From Botryllus schlosseri (taxonomy: Eukaryota), in assembly GCA_051294905.1 (NCBI GenBank), contig CM119383.1, forward strand, positions 8,122,001-8,186,000: a DNA stretch of 64,000 bases. The letters run 5' to 3'. The position numbers and the translations under genes were made by a program. Of the stretch, positions 1 through 12,565 are shown one piece after another (the first letter of the stretch is position 1; each line of letters starts with the position of its first letter). The notes beneath the pieces were generated by a model, which did no database searches, was not told the DNA's origin, and saw only the letters and a list, made by a program, of their open reading frames with translations.

Positions 1-354
1 CCACTTTTGGTTCAGTTCCAGGACACATAATGCTGACAGCATCATAACCATGTTAGCTTCAAACACGCTTCTACCATATGTGTAGATAAAATATAAATCC
101 CCTAATTCTACGCATACAGAGAACGAATCTATTTAAGACACGCGCAAATCGTTTTTTATAAGCACACCACTAAAATAATTGAAATTGGAGTGGCCAATCT
201 GAAATCACAATCGTGATCCGAATTACGTCTATCTCGTTTAGGATTTCTGTGATGTTTAGCAGTTGAAACCTTTCAAACTCTGTGGGCCTTGAGATCGGGC
301 TGTCGCGCCAGAAATTAAATAAGAAATATAACATAGGAAGTCTTTACCTTAGAA

Positions 355-673
355 AAGCGGTTCTCGAACTTTTTAAGACATGCCCCCCTCCTTATGATGG
401 CGAAAGATTTCGTGACCTCTTATCGTCATATCACCAAATGCCATGAGGATGCTATAGCAAATCTAACGTATAGTTTGGCGGCATGGGGGGTTACGACTAT
501 TGATGAGAGATTTTTAAATATGAAATTCATACTAAACACAGAGCAATAATTATGAATTGTAAGCAATTCGCGCGGAGCGCGAAAAAAATTTTCGGTTGAG
601 CTCAGCTTCGCGATTCCCTTCAAATGCTTTCACGACCCCAAGGGGCACGCGTCCCACAGGTTGAGAACCAATG
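355..673. mobile_element. hAT (Charlie-like) MITE
   Basis: Ends AAGCGGTTCTC..GAGAACCAATG (variant of the CAGTGGTTCTCAA TIR); identical 8-bp TSD CCTTAGAA at 347-354 and 674-681. Confidence 0.8.
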
Positions 674-769
674 CCTTAGAATTATCACGGTGAAATATAC
701 TAAAAAAAGTTTGATCAGGTCTCTGAATTAATTCGATTTTTAGTACGCAAAATAAGTTTCTTTAGACTC

Positions 770-836
770 TCGCGGGCCGCACAGAAAGGTGTTGCGGGCC
801 GCATGCGGCCCGCGGGCCGTAGTTTGCCCACCCCTG
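770..836. mobile_element. hAT MITE terminal fragment
   Basis: GCGGGCCGCA..GGGCCGCATGCGGCCCGCGGGCCGTAGTTTGCCCACCCCTG, a typical hAT subterminal GGGCCG repeat and CCCCTG end. Confidence 0.55.
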
Positions 837-1174
837 TGATAGAGTAATATAGATCATCCTATTTATTCACATTTGTATTCTTGAATTTATTGATGTTGAT
901 ATTCGTATTTATGTATGTGATATTTAATAATGAAGAAGCTGTATAGTACCAAGTTGTTTTACAATCTTCCATACTGTCTTTCCGTGTTGAGATAACCAAT
1001 TAGGCTACTTCGGGTCACAGTTCACATATTGCTGATGCCATTCAATGCCAACTTTTAATCTTGGTGTTGTATTGTTTATAGACCTTTATAGATTTTCACT
1101 CTTGACGAAGTCTGTATCAAATTTCACCGATAATCTCTCAATGGTAATTTTCATGTTCGTCCATCGGAATTCAG

Positions 1175-1357
1175 GTATTCAGAAGTGGAGAAGGAATGGG
1201 AATACGGCTGGATAGCGCGTCTGCTTTTGCTGGCGCTCTGATTTCACCGCATTACGATTCGTTACTCGTTAAAGTAATCGCCAAGGCGCCTAACATGGAG
1301 TCGGCCGCTCGCAAAATGGATCGGGCACTCAGAGAATTTCGTATCCGTGGAGTTAAG
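1175..1357 (+). CDS. PC: PC exon (biotin carboxylase C-terminal part)
   Basis: ttcag|[46 protein letters not shown]|gtttga. Confidence 0.96.
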
Positions 1358-4300
1358 GTTTGATATTGCTACCGAGCATTGTTTTTAATCCAATTTCAAA
1401 AGGAACATTTTATAAGCCACCTGTGATTATCTCATTGACTATAAATGTGGGAATACTTAGTCTTCGGTAATTTGATACCACTTTTTGGCAGCGTACCACT
1501 TAAGCAGTAACGTCTGCCTGATTAACATGCTTGTTGCATATGTACGGGTATCATTTCTCTCCTACAATGACATCGTTATAATTGATACTATACTCTCGTG
1601 CGAGGCCTTTCATTTTCTACTCGGCAATTGCCTTGTATTGTGAAAGTGGTGCGTGTTGTGCGGCCATATTCGATACCGTATATTGCCTGCTATTTGACGG
1701 GCACGCGTATTTTCAGACCAACATCAACTTTCTGTTGAATGTTTTGAACAACGAGAAATTTCTGAACGGGAACGTGACGACGCAGTTCATCGATAGTAAT
1801 CCGCAGGTTTGTGAGCCCTTCTATGTAATGAGAACGGCTTAGCATTTGAAACTTATGATTATATGTCACACTTGGCACGTTGTTAAGTAATCGCATCCAT
1901 CATAGCATATTGACAGAATAGGCAAAGAATTATATTAGGAAATCTATACAAAGAATGGCCTTGTTTTTTACATCCCTATATTTCAAATCCAATGTCTTGG
2001 GAGGTGTGAAATACAAAATTGAGTACGTGAACGAATCACGCTTGAGTCTATCATTGAAGTATCGCCTATTCGGACATCATAACGGCAACTTGAAAAGTTT
2101 TGTATATCTGGATCAAAACTATTTACATATAATGTAAGATCATAACCAATTGAGTACTTCAAAAGTAGAAATGCTTCATTACTCACCACCTCTGACAAGA
2201 ATACAAACCAACAGGCCCACTGTTGACGACATGTTTGAGCTCATGCAGGGATTTCTAAAGGACGGCTTTACAGTTTGAAATGGGCAGGTGGTTCTGACCC
2301 CCAAACAGACTGGCCACACACCTGCATTCGACTAATTATGTTTCTATTCACAAATTTAGCTGTTCAAGTTTCTGCCAAGTCAAAACAGAGCCGGGAAGCT
2401 GATTTATTATCTCGCTGATGTTCTCGTCAACGGTCCCTCAACACCGCTGCCGACTGACTTGCGACCCCCCAGAATCGACCCCAGTCCGCCTCCTACAACG
2501 AAAGGTGAGTATAATTGAAACCCCCGCACATGGGAGGCTTCATCACTTGACGCTGTTCCGCTAGCCTGTACTGCCCCGTGTCGTATTTCAGACGTTCCGC
2601 CGCCCCGTGGTTGGAGGAATGTCCTGGTCGAAGAAGGCCCGGAGGCCTTTGCGAAAGCAGTCCGGCAGCACAAGGGACTGCTCCTGACCGATACTACGAT
2701 GCGCGACGCCCACCAATCGCTGCTCGCCACGCGCGTGCGAACCTACGACCTCGCCAAGATATCGCCGTTTGTCGCGCATAACTTTTCGAATCTCTTCAGT
2801 GTCGAAAATTGGGGAGGTAACTCGATTGCTGGTATTCCTTCTTTACGTGGCTGGTACTCACTGCCAGAGTTTGCCAACTATAAAAACCTTAATTTTTCAA
2901 ATTAGATTAGGATTAGAATTATAGCTACATAGTTTTTTTTTCAAATTAGATTGGAATTAGAATTACTGAATTCGCAAAAACTGGGAAATGGAAGTAAATT
3001 CTGAAAATGTAAGAAATGCGACCAGATTCAAGTTCACTTCATATCAAATCATAATTCACTGCGCCATAAGCATGAGAATGGCAAATTTTAGGACAACCAG
3101 ATATTATATTAGAATTGAAATTAGAACACAGAAAACTTTCCAAATCCAATTAGAATTAGAGTAGCAATAATCTTGTAGTCCAAGTCTGCTTACTGCTCAC
3201 CGTACGTTTCAGGCGCTACTTTCGACGTTGCAATGCGATTTCTTCACGAATGCCCGTGGGAGAGGCTGAGGGTTATGCGGGAAAAAATCCCAAATGTGCC
3301 CTTTCAAATGTTGCTCCGTGGAGCCAACGCCGTGGGATACACCAGTTACCCGGACAATGTCGTGAAAAAGTGGGTATTCTTGGTTTTCCTTTGATCGCGA
3401 GTTGCTAATGGTAATAGTTGTAAAGAATTTGATTGCAAAATAGGTTTGGTTGAAGGTTTACGTGATTCAAAGTTTCTGCAAGGCGAGTGCTGTTGAATTG
3501 ATTTCCAGTAACTTGTGTTTGATTTTTCGGATTTTTTTGAAAGAAATGCAAGTTTTCCATTTTCTAGCCTCTATTCTACTGTTAAATATTGCTAAATTGT
3601 ACTCTCGAAAGTTAATGAACTTCGTGCATGTCTTTTCGCATATAAATGTTGATAAACAAGCCAAAAACGACAATTCTACCTGCCACACACCCCTTTTTCT
3701 AAACATCCAGTGATTTATTTCAGATTTTGTCAATCCGCGTTCGACAACGGCATGGACGTGTTCCGCGTTTTCGACTCGATGAACTACATGCCCAACATGA
3801 TATTGGGCATCGAGGCTTCCGGGGAATCTGGCGGTGTCGTGGAAGCCGCTATCTGTTACACGGGCGACGTATCGAATCCGGACAGAGTCACGAAGTACGA
3901 TTTGCGGTACTACTTGGACTTTGCCGACGAATTGGTGAACGCCGGGACGCATATCTTGTGTATCAAGGTATAGTTATGTATCTTTTGTATGAACCCCAAC
4001 GAGTATTCAAATTTTTGGCCAATGCTAACATCTTCGATGTAGCTGTTCTGCATTAGTCCCAAAGATTCTTTCACTGTGTTCAAAACTGACAGTACTGATT
4101 GAATAGCAAAAGTTGTGAAAGCGATCGTAATTCGTTCGCATGGACTGTCAAAAGCTGCAAATAGAGCTATACGGGAGGTGTAGAGAGCTTGATTCATATT
4201 GATGCATCCCAGGAGGCGTCAATTTTTTACATAATAAGAGGTCGTCCATATCATGGGATGTAAATGATAGTATTGATATGGAAATACTAATCCTTCATGT

Positions 4301-7300
4301 TTACTCTAACACACTGTTTTAGAGAATATCACGGCATGGCGTCCTCCCCCGTATTATAAGGCCCCAAGTTCAGTCGAAAAGCGATACGGAGAAGTTGTGT
4401 CGGATACGGCTTTAACACTTGCGCGATTAGTAAACGTTAATTAAAAATATGGCATATCGTGAAAATGCTATATAGTGTATAGCTTTATTTTCGGAAAATA
4501 TAAGGTATTACTTTTACTACACTTGCTTTTATACTTCAACATGTATGTTCTCCATACAAAAGAACTGATACCATAATCAGAACTCAACGTATAATACTCG
4601 TAATTGAAAGAAAAATACAAATACTACTTCTAAAAAGCGAAAAATATATTTCATGTCTTTTGTACAGAAAGTCTCAACGGTGGTCTGCTAAAACAGGTCT
4701 AACGCTAAAAAGAGTCGTGAGTAAAAGCTAGATTGCAAAACGGTAGTTTTAAACGTTACGGGGGCCCATACTTGCTGTGAAGAAATATTTGATATAGGTG
4801 ACAATGCGCTGTGAACGGAACCACGCAACCCGGTATCTAAATTATATTCAGCGATACTTTAGGTAAAACATCTACTACGAAGGGCAACGAAAATTCTGGG
4901 TATTAGGCCTACATGACTTTTATGAAGTTTGTAGTTCACAAAATATTACGAAGTAGAAGTAGAAGATAAGATCTACTTGAGTAAGTACCAGAAGTAGAGG
5001 AAAACTACTTGAGTACTTCGAAAAAGTAGAAGTACTTCGTTACTGACCACCTCTGACGAAAAGGATGTAACTTCTATACTCGTGTGTTACTAATCACTAC
5101 TCTGTTCACTTTGGTAACGAGCATCAGATACATACGGAAGTAGTCGGTGGCGATGTACGTTGAGTACGCATGAAGTGAAATGAAGGGGTTATAGGTTTTA
5201 GGCTACTTCTACAGGTTTTGTGCAAAACTAAGCCTAGAATACTTAACTTTCCTACTTACTAGGAATTTTCTACCTGTACTTGACTAGAAATTTACGACAT
5301 TGCCTCTGCTTCAGTATCAACGATGAATACTTCAACGATATCTCGACACATCTTGTTGATGACTGTAAAACTATTGCAGGACATGGCCGGATTGCTTAAA
5401 CCGCAAGCTTCCAAAATTCTGATATCGGAACTCCGCGAGAAATACCCGGACATGCCAATTCACGTTCACACTCACGACACGTCCGGCGCAGGTATCGATA
5501 GAGTCCATATGTTTGGCTCTTGATTGCGCTACCTTTATTTCATTTCTATAGTTGAGGGGGCTCTGTTTGGCATCATGATGTGCATATGCGCTCCAGCATG
5601 ATTCTTGATGTGAGACGGGTGAATAAATTCTCCGACCTTAATGAAGCCGGCTAAAATAGCTGTGGTTCGGACAACTCAATACCATGCTTAAGAAACGTCA
5701 AAATACTGACTAGCTTTACTAGACGAATAAGTGTCGTAGAATTTCCCATAATTATAAATTCTGCTTTTCAAGGCAACTACATTGAATGAGATAAGAGAAT
5801 GAATAGTTGCAGAGTATTAAAGGTTTTTATAGCACAGTAGAGATGTACTGTTCAAAATTTACACGTCAATTAATCCATTAGAAGACATATATCTTTGAAC
5901 TGTAGCCCTGAATACGAATAATGCAAATGGGTGCAACTGCTTGAGTACTTAGCTGAAGTATGAGCACCTGAGGTCTTCATATTGGTTCACAATTGACATC
6001 TATATCTGCTCCATTGCAGGCGTGGCTTCCATGATTGCCGCTGCTGAAGCCGGTGCAGACATCGTCGATGTTGCAGTCGATTCCATGTCTGGTATGACAT
6101 CACAACCGAGCATGGGCGCGCTCGTGACGTCGCTGGAAAGAACGCCTCACGACACAGGTCTGTATATTATGTACTTTTCGTAGGATATAATTTGAATGTA
6201 ATTTGTTTTTTGTCTAGGCATTCCGTTGTCTGTCATCGGCGAATATAACGAATACTGGGACAGGACGAGAGAACTGTATGCTCCGTTTGAATGCACAGTA
6301 ACAATGAAATCCGGAAGCTCTGATGTATACGAGCATGAAATCCCGGGTGGCCAGTACACTAACCTTCACTTTCAAGGTATTTGGAAACTATGCATGATGC
6401 CCTCATGACAGGCTCACAAATGTGAAATGAGGCATGAATTCGATATCGGGTCTGTTTTAGCGCACAGCATGGGTTTGGGAGCACAGTTCAAAGACGTTAA
6501 GAAGATGTACATCGAAGCTAACAAGCTCTTCGGTGATCTTATTAAGGTATTTGGTCAAGATGTTAGTTATTCGACGTACACTGTACAGTTATGTGACAGC
6601 GCATCCTGGCACGTTTCGAGTATATCGCTAAGATCGGGTGAAATTAGGATTTGGACGCTAAGATACGATCCAAATTATTGCGTTTGGAATTCGATTCATG
6701 CTACAAGCAGTGGCAGATTACCCCTGTGATTGATCTTAATATGTTGACAGAAGTATATTGGGCATTGAAGTTGAAGTCATTTGAGCGACATTTGTGAAAA
6801 GATCGTGTACTACGCGACCGTGTCCTGTTGTGTCCTTTACGATCACTCGGTTTTCATAGTCATTATAATTATAGAATTACCCACAGTAAAGGAGTTAACG
6901 CTGTTTTTTCACATCCACAATTTTCTACTCTTCTACTGCTGCGGTTTAGAATTGAGCCAGATTTGTTAGCTGCATCATTTTAGGCAACCTAACAATTTCA
7001 TGGGGTAGCCAGTATTTTTTTTTAAGTTGATATTTTTACGGTAAATCCAAAATTTTCTACTCCAATAGCTTTGCTTCGACAGGTTGGAATTGAGTCAAAT
7101 TTGATGTGCAGCATTTGTTCAACAAGCCTTACAATTTTATCAACTAGCCTGTCAAAAAAAATTTTCTAAAGCTATTTTTGAGCAGCCCTAGTGTATATAG
7201 CTGTAATGAAACCTTATGATAACATATTCATACTGATCGAACGCCACTATGCACGTAAATCAAGCCTATTATCATACAGCAAAGATACGTTTACGGCTGC

Positions 7301-10300
7301 AGTTAAAATTATCGACACTTGTGTTTCTTTCAGGTTACCCCTTCGTCTAAAGTTGTCGGCGACATGGCTCAGTTCATGGTGCAAAACAAGTTGACAGCGG
7401 AAGACGTGAAAGAGAGAATTGACGAGCTGTCTTTGCCGTCGTCGGTTATCGAAATGATGTGCGGCGCAATTGGTTATCCGCCTGGCGGCTTTCCTGAAGA
7501 AATACAGTCGAAGGTTAGCGCATTTGCTTTTCCATTTTCCTTTTCCAGATGACTGCAGTAGTTCATCCAACGTACTTTCAGATCGTGAAGGAAAGGCCAG
7601 TATTCGAAGGCCGCCCGGGTGCCGACATCCCGCCGGCGGACTTGGAAGCGCTAAAACGCAAACTCGTTGAAAACCACGTCGAAGTGTCCGACGAAGACGT
7701 GCTAAGCGCGGCCCTGTATCCATCTGTACGGCCGTTTCTATATCTGCACCGTCGTTGTCCATTCTAACGCTAGATCGTTTTCAAGGTGACCGACGATTTC
7801 CTGAGGTTCCGGTCCAAGTGCGGTCCGGTCGACAAGCTGGACACGGCCACGTTTCTGATAGGACCACGTATTGCCGAAGAATTTCAAGTTGAATTGGAAA
7901 GAGGTATGTGATATAATGCGTGCTTGGGCGTGAGGTGCGTATCTACCAAGGGGTGGTCAAAGTAGTCGTTGGTATTCAAGTAGATGTAACGTTATAAATT
8001 TCTACTTTATTATAAGTCTATAGAGATATTTCGAAGCTGGTACAAAAATTGAAAACCGTTTTAAGTGTAGGCAGTCTAAAACATAACCAGCGGAAGTGCA
8101 GCGAAAATGAAGATCTGGAAAGTATTAAGTATGTAGCTTCAAGACTTAGCTTTGATCGAGGAATTGCATAGTTTTAGCGAAGTAGGGCAAGTTTTTGTTG
8201 CACTTAAAACCTGAGAAAGTTGCATGTATTTTTTAAATTTTAACAAAAGTTACAGAAGTTGCATTTTGACCACATTTTTCTCGGTTGACTAAAAAATTTC
8301 CGGCTCAACTCCCGAAATACATGAAAAGCGTTATTTCGGTGCTGATTTACGGTGTTTCAGTCGAATTTGGCCGTGTATTTTATCAAAATCGAAAATACTT
8401 TCATGAAAAATCGCAAAAATTTGCAAAAAGTTTCATGAAAAAAATGGACTTTAAGTTGCAAAAAGTTGCACTATAAGATTCCTTCAACGGGCTTAAAAAA
8501 GAGTTCTACATATCTTACGAGTATTTAGGAAGCTGGCGGAAGCTGTAAAAAAAAGTTGCAAAAACTTGCCCTAAATGTTACTAATGATACAACAAACGAT
8601 ACACAGGTGCGATTTCTGACACGTTCAACTTCTGAGGTGAAGTGCCTGTTGCCAAATTGTTATGATTATTTCTCTCCTAAAAGTGGTGCAGACATGCCAA
8701 AAAGTACTTTATACTTGAAAATTTCAAAGTAATTTTACCTCAAATACTGTAAAGTAGATGTGGAAGTAGTCTTTGAACGTAACCGCTCGGGTAAGCAGTA
8801 AGTAGGCAAGACCTGGTTTAGTACTCTGAAAGAGCGGAAATACTCCGTTACCGACCACCCTGATATCTGCCTTTCGTAGGGAAAACGCTTCATTTCAAGG
8901 CGCTGGCGGTGAGCGACCTTAAAGAAGAGACCGGCGAGAGAGAAGTGTTTGTGGAGCTCAACGGACAAGTCAGATCGGTAATGATACGGGATCAGGAAGC
9001 GATGAAGGTTTGTGGCGTAGCTACGTACCATGTTGCTTGTGCTGCCCCGGTTTCTGACTAGTCTTTCTGTTTTGTAGGAGATGCATTTTCACCCCAAAGC
9101 CAAGCAAGGCGTTAAAGGCTCTGTCGGATCCCCAATGCCGGGAGACGTCGTGTCGGTTAAAGTGAAGGTAATATGAGCCTTGGTTTATCACACACGATTT
9201 CCAGCGAATATTTGTCGTGTGCACACTAGGGCTGGGCAATTCAGCTCGAAGTCGAGTGCCACCTATTAAGACTTAATAGCAGTAATAATGACTTAAATAG
9301 TTCAAGTATGTATCTCTATAGCAACCACGAGGAAAAGGATGCAGTTCGTCGTCATCAAAAAAAAATTTGTAGTGCTTTGTGGCTTTTGGGAGTCTCGTTT
9401 GCTGCTTGACGGAAATCGCCGATCCACGAATATTTGTAGCCTTGTAAACACGTTTTTCAATGCTGATATGGCCTAACTGAGAGTTTCGAGGCTCAAATGG
9501 TGGAAATTTAGTGTTGAAACGGTAATTTTTCGTTGATAAATTATTCAATTGAGCAATGTATCCGTATTGATTGATCACGAATATTTTCGGTCGACGCTCG
9601 CCTGGGGAAATCGTCAGCAATTAACCATAGATTGAAATGAATATTGTGTGTCAACAATCGTATCACAAAATATGACGTCACTGAAATGAAAATTTATATG
9701 ATCGAGGCGACAGATGGCATTAGCTCAATGTACTATATTTTTGGTGTACAAATACACGAACTTCATCTGGTTACACATATGTTCGCATCGATTGTTTGAA
9801 TTTTAATGTCGGTCACGTCGTGATACGATTGTTGTTGAGGGTTACCATATTTTGGAATCGAGAAAGGAAGACACTTTTACCATATCAGAAACGTTAGTTT
9901 ATCAGAACTGAAATCAGCCGATTTCGCTATTTTTGCTGAAAAATTTAGTGGGTCGTTGCGTTCGATCAAACCACGAATTTCCTATTTAGCGTCATTTATG
10001 CCCATTTTCACTCGAATCTGTCCATTATCTTAGCTGTAAAAGCTGTAAAGTAGGAGGAATTGCCGAAACGGAGGACATTTAGGCGTCTCGGACGACGTAT
10101 AGTAACCCTATTGTTGATTTACAATACTTTTTGCTCCCCGAAGGCTCGTAAAGGTTAACGCAATGGCTCCCCACGTTATTAAAGGTTAAAAACCGCTGCA
10201 TTAGTTAGTCTTCGCCTGCGTTACGAAAAATTCAATTCTTAATATTTTCGAGGTCGGGGAACGCGTCGAAAAAGGTCAAGTACTCCTCGTACTGTCGGCG

Positions 10301-10417
10301 ATGAAAATGGAAATGGCGGTCACGGCCCCCGTGTCGGGCGTGGTCAAGGAGATAGCCGTCGAAAACGGCATGCATGTCGAGGGCGAAGACTTGCTCGCTG
10401 ATATTGTGGAAGAATGA
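1175..10417 (+). CDS. PC: Pyruvate carboxylase, mitochondrial; 5'-partial, 16 coding exons in window (787 aa + stop)
   Basis: Exons 1175-1357, 1717-1806, 2360-2504, 2592-2816, 3213-3369, 3724-3967, 5380-5491, 6020-6157, 6218-6376, 6461-6546, 7334-7513, 7582-7725, 7786-7903, 8880-9007, 9078-9167, 10253-10417. All introns are GT-AG and phase-compatible (2364 nt). Motifs: [18 protein letters not shown] (biotin carboxylase), [36 protein letters not shown] (carboxyltransferase), SAMKM (biotinyl lysine). Confidence 0.98.
1717..1806 (+). CDS. PC: PC exon
   Basis: tttcag|[30 protein letters not shown]|gtttgt. Confidence 0.95.
2360..2504 (+). CDS. PC: PC exon
   Basis: tttag|[34 protein letters not shown]..|gtgagt. 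Confidence 0.95.
2592..2816 (+). CDS. PC: PC exon (start of carboxyltransferase domain)
   Basis: ..[32 protein letters not shown]|gtaact. Confidence 0.96.
2865..3188. mobile_element. hAT-like MITE, CAGACTTGG family with (AATTAG)n internal repeats, in PC intron
   Basis: Ends CAGAGTTTG../..CCAAGTCTG; TSD CTCACTGC/CTTACTGC (7 of 8); AATTAGATTAGAATTAGA repeats shared with 17224-18115. Confidence 0.75.
3213..3369 (+). CDS. PC: PC exon
   Basis: [41 protein letters not shown]|gtgggt. Confidence 0.96.
3724..3967 (+). CDS. PC: PC exon
   Basis: [38 protein letters not shown]|gtatag. Confidence 0.96.
5380..5491 (+). CDS. PC: PC exon
   Basis: ttgcag|[37 protein letters not shown]|gtatcg. Confidence 0.96.
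6020..6157 (+). CDS. PC: PC exon
   Basis: [36 protein letters not shown]..|gtctgt. Confidence 0.95.
6218..6376 (+). CDS. PC: PC exon
   Basis: ..[42 protein letters not shown]|gtattt. Confidence 0.95.
6461..6546 (+). CDS. PC: PC exon
   Basis: ttttag|[29 protein letters not shown]|gtattt. Confidence 0.94.
7334..7513 (+). CDS. PC: PC exon
   Basis: [35 protein letters not shown]|gttagc. Confidence 0.96.
7582..7725 (+). CDS. PC: PC exon
   Basis: [34 protein letters not shown]|gtacgg. Confidence 0.94.
7786..7903 (+). CDS. PC: PC exon
   Basis: tcaag|[39 protein letters not shown]|gtatgt. Confidence 0.94.
8183..8573. mobile_element. MITE with 15-bp TIR TAGGGCAAGTTTTTG in PC intron
   Basis: Inverted termini and internal AAAAGTTGCA repeats; no clean TSD recognised. 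Confidence 0.55.
8880..9007 (+). CDS. PC: PC exon
   Basis: [43 protein letters not shown]|gtttgt. Confidence 0.95.
9078..9167 (+). CDS. PC: PC exon
   Basis: [30 protein letters not shown]|gtaata. Confidence 0.95.
10253..10417 (+). CDS. PC: PC last coding exon (biotin carboxyl carrier domain)
   Basis: [44 protein letters not shown]; AATAAA signals follow near 11065-11085. Confidence 0.96.
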   Translation, partial: VGERVEKGQVLLVLSAMKMEMAVTAPVSGVVKEIAVENGMHVEGEDLLADIVEE

Positions 10418-11140
10418 AGAGCTTGCCTGTTTCGTGCCATATGTAGCGCTTTTCTTTCGTATAGCAATTGTGATGTCAATGACTTTTAAAGCGTCGAGTG
10501 CATTATATCGTTCCAAGTACGTGTCGTTTTGTAAAAGTGAACAACAAAGAAAACATTATAGTTACACAGTCCTTTTTTGTCATGAATTTCTAATTTTTCT
10601 TGCATCATGCAATACGATTTCGCAAACAATATTGAAGCCTACCATGAATATTCACTATGGCGCTTAGTATGGTATTTTGCGAGTAGTCGATCCAATTTGG
10701 CGGAATGAAGAACTTGAAGCCGACCTGTTGATAGAACGGGTATTTTGCTATTCCACAGTATAATACAACCTTGGTGCGTGTCGTGTGCATTATTATTACT
10801 TGTGCACTTATATCTACCCATTTTTCTCCGGTGCAAATTCATTATTCAACCATGTATATTTCTGTTCCTTGTAGGCTCCCAATGGTGGCACTAGTGCAAC
10901 TCGTAGTTGAAAAGATTATTACTGCATGTTCTCGCAGTCATGTCGTATATATAGTTCAATTGCATTTTGTCGATGCGTCTTACGCCAATCATAGTGGAAT
11001 AATTATTTCGAAGCCTGTCGTACGTTTTATGTCCGCGTCGGTACCTGAACACTTCATTATTTGCAATAAACCAGTCGCAATAAACAAGATACACAATGCA
11101 TCTGTAGTGTATATGATGTGTCAGTCATAGTCATCTAGCG

Positions 11141-11724
11141 CAGTGACTCTCAAACTCCGGTCAAGTGTCAACTTTCCGATCGTTGTAGGTCGTAGGCTTG
11201 TTCAATAATTCGAGAACTAAAATAAGATTGTAATCAACTGATTTAGAAGACTGTTTCTATTCTGGTATAGAACTAATGGTCCACATTCGACTTATACTAC
11301 GTCGCAATGCTCAACTGACGAAACAAACTTGAAAGTAGCCTACAACTTGTTTATAAGGGCCAGTAATATGTGACAGCAAAAAAAGACGAAATTCAACAGT
11401 ACGATTTAGCGACATTTGACAGTATAATCATAGTGTCCTATAGTATAATAGAATCTAGCGGAGTCGCATTTCTTTGAAAAGAACCCCAACGTCAAAATCG
11501 AGTTCGTGGGTTTTAAGGTACTATATGCATTGCAAAAACTTCAATAAAACCACGCATAGCAGGTGTAATATGAAAAGACATCGGCAAATTTCTCATAATA
11601 TGAAAATTCTAATTCTTAATTTTGAGTTGCGAACTTATGTCGCGATTTCATTCTGGATTTTATTGATTTTTGAAGGCAATATTATTTTGCAAGTCCCCAA
11701 ACTGAAAAAGGTTGAAAACCACTG
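11141..11724. mobile_element. hAT (Charlie-like) MITE
   Basis: CAGTGACTCTCAA..TTGAAAACCACTG; TSD ATCTAGCG/GTCTAGCG (close to the NTCTAGAN Charlie target); internal similarity to 32898-33419. Confidence 0.78.
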
Positions 11725-12493
11725 GTCTAGCGCGATGTGGCTGTCTCAATGAAATACTACAGCAAGAGTCCCACTGCGAAGGCAATTCATCAAAGGACGT
11801 GGTTGTATGACTCAGTCGACCACCAGTGCAGTTTGAAGTTGTTGGCCAAGCTAAAAAATAATCCATGGACAAGGACACGAGGATTGAACGCCACGAATCA
11901 GACAGGTTGATTGTCGATTTGTCCAAGCTACGAATATTCTCAGAATAACAGGTGAATTTTTGCTTGCTACACTTCACGCATTCTATTTGCAACGATTTCG
12001 TCTTTCAAGCGGCTAGAATCTCTTATGCCACTCTAGATTTTAACTATGATACGGGTTTGTCTGGTATCTTTCCTTCGTGCTTGCGACTACGAGGTCGAGC
12101 ATGCAGCTATCCGACGAATAATCTAAATTCATTATGAAAACATTCACTATCGTAAATTTCATCTGAATGGTTTGCTATTGTAACAGGCTGACAATAATGT
12201 CATAGCACGCGGGAGTTATGGAAATTTCGCATTGGAACAGGCCTCGGCCTGCGCGCTGCTTGCTGAAACTATTTGCGAAATTGCGAAACGAAGTGTGAAT
12301 GGCTGCAGCGCATTAATCAATGCGTTTGATTATATCAGTGTCTCTTCTCTGTGCTAGTATTCGTTTTAGCGGTCTGGTGGTGCGAGGCTGTGGGTTGCTG
12401 CCAATCTGTAATAAGTGCGAGTTATTGATCGACGTGTATCATCCTAGGTCACAGCAGACTTGGGATAGTTTAGTCAGCGTTAAATGAGAGGAT

Positions 12494-12565
12494 ATGAGTT
12501 CTCATACAAGTCAGTGGTGGGACTCCGACCTAGCTTTGGATATCCATGAGTGCCTCAAACAAAGG
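12494..12565 (+). CDS. CCNJ: CCNJ exon 1
   Basis: MSSHTSQWWDSDLALDIHECLKQR|gtaagg. Confidence 0.9.

Noticed and set aside
3467-3952. 161-aa minus-strand ORF (also 7247-7762, 2407-2730, 8735-9031)
   Set aside because: Antisense shadows of GC-rich PC exons with no independent protein signature.
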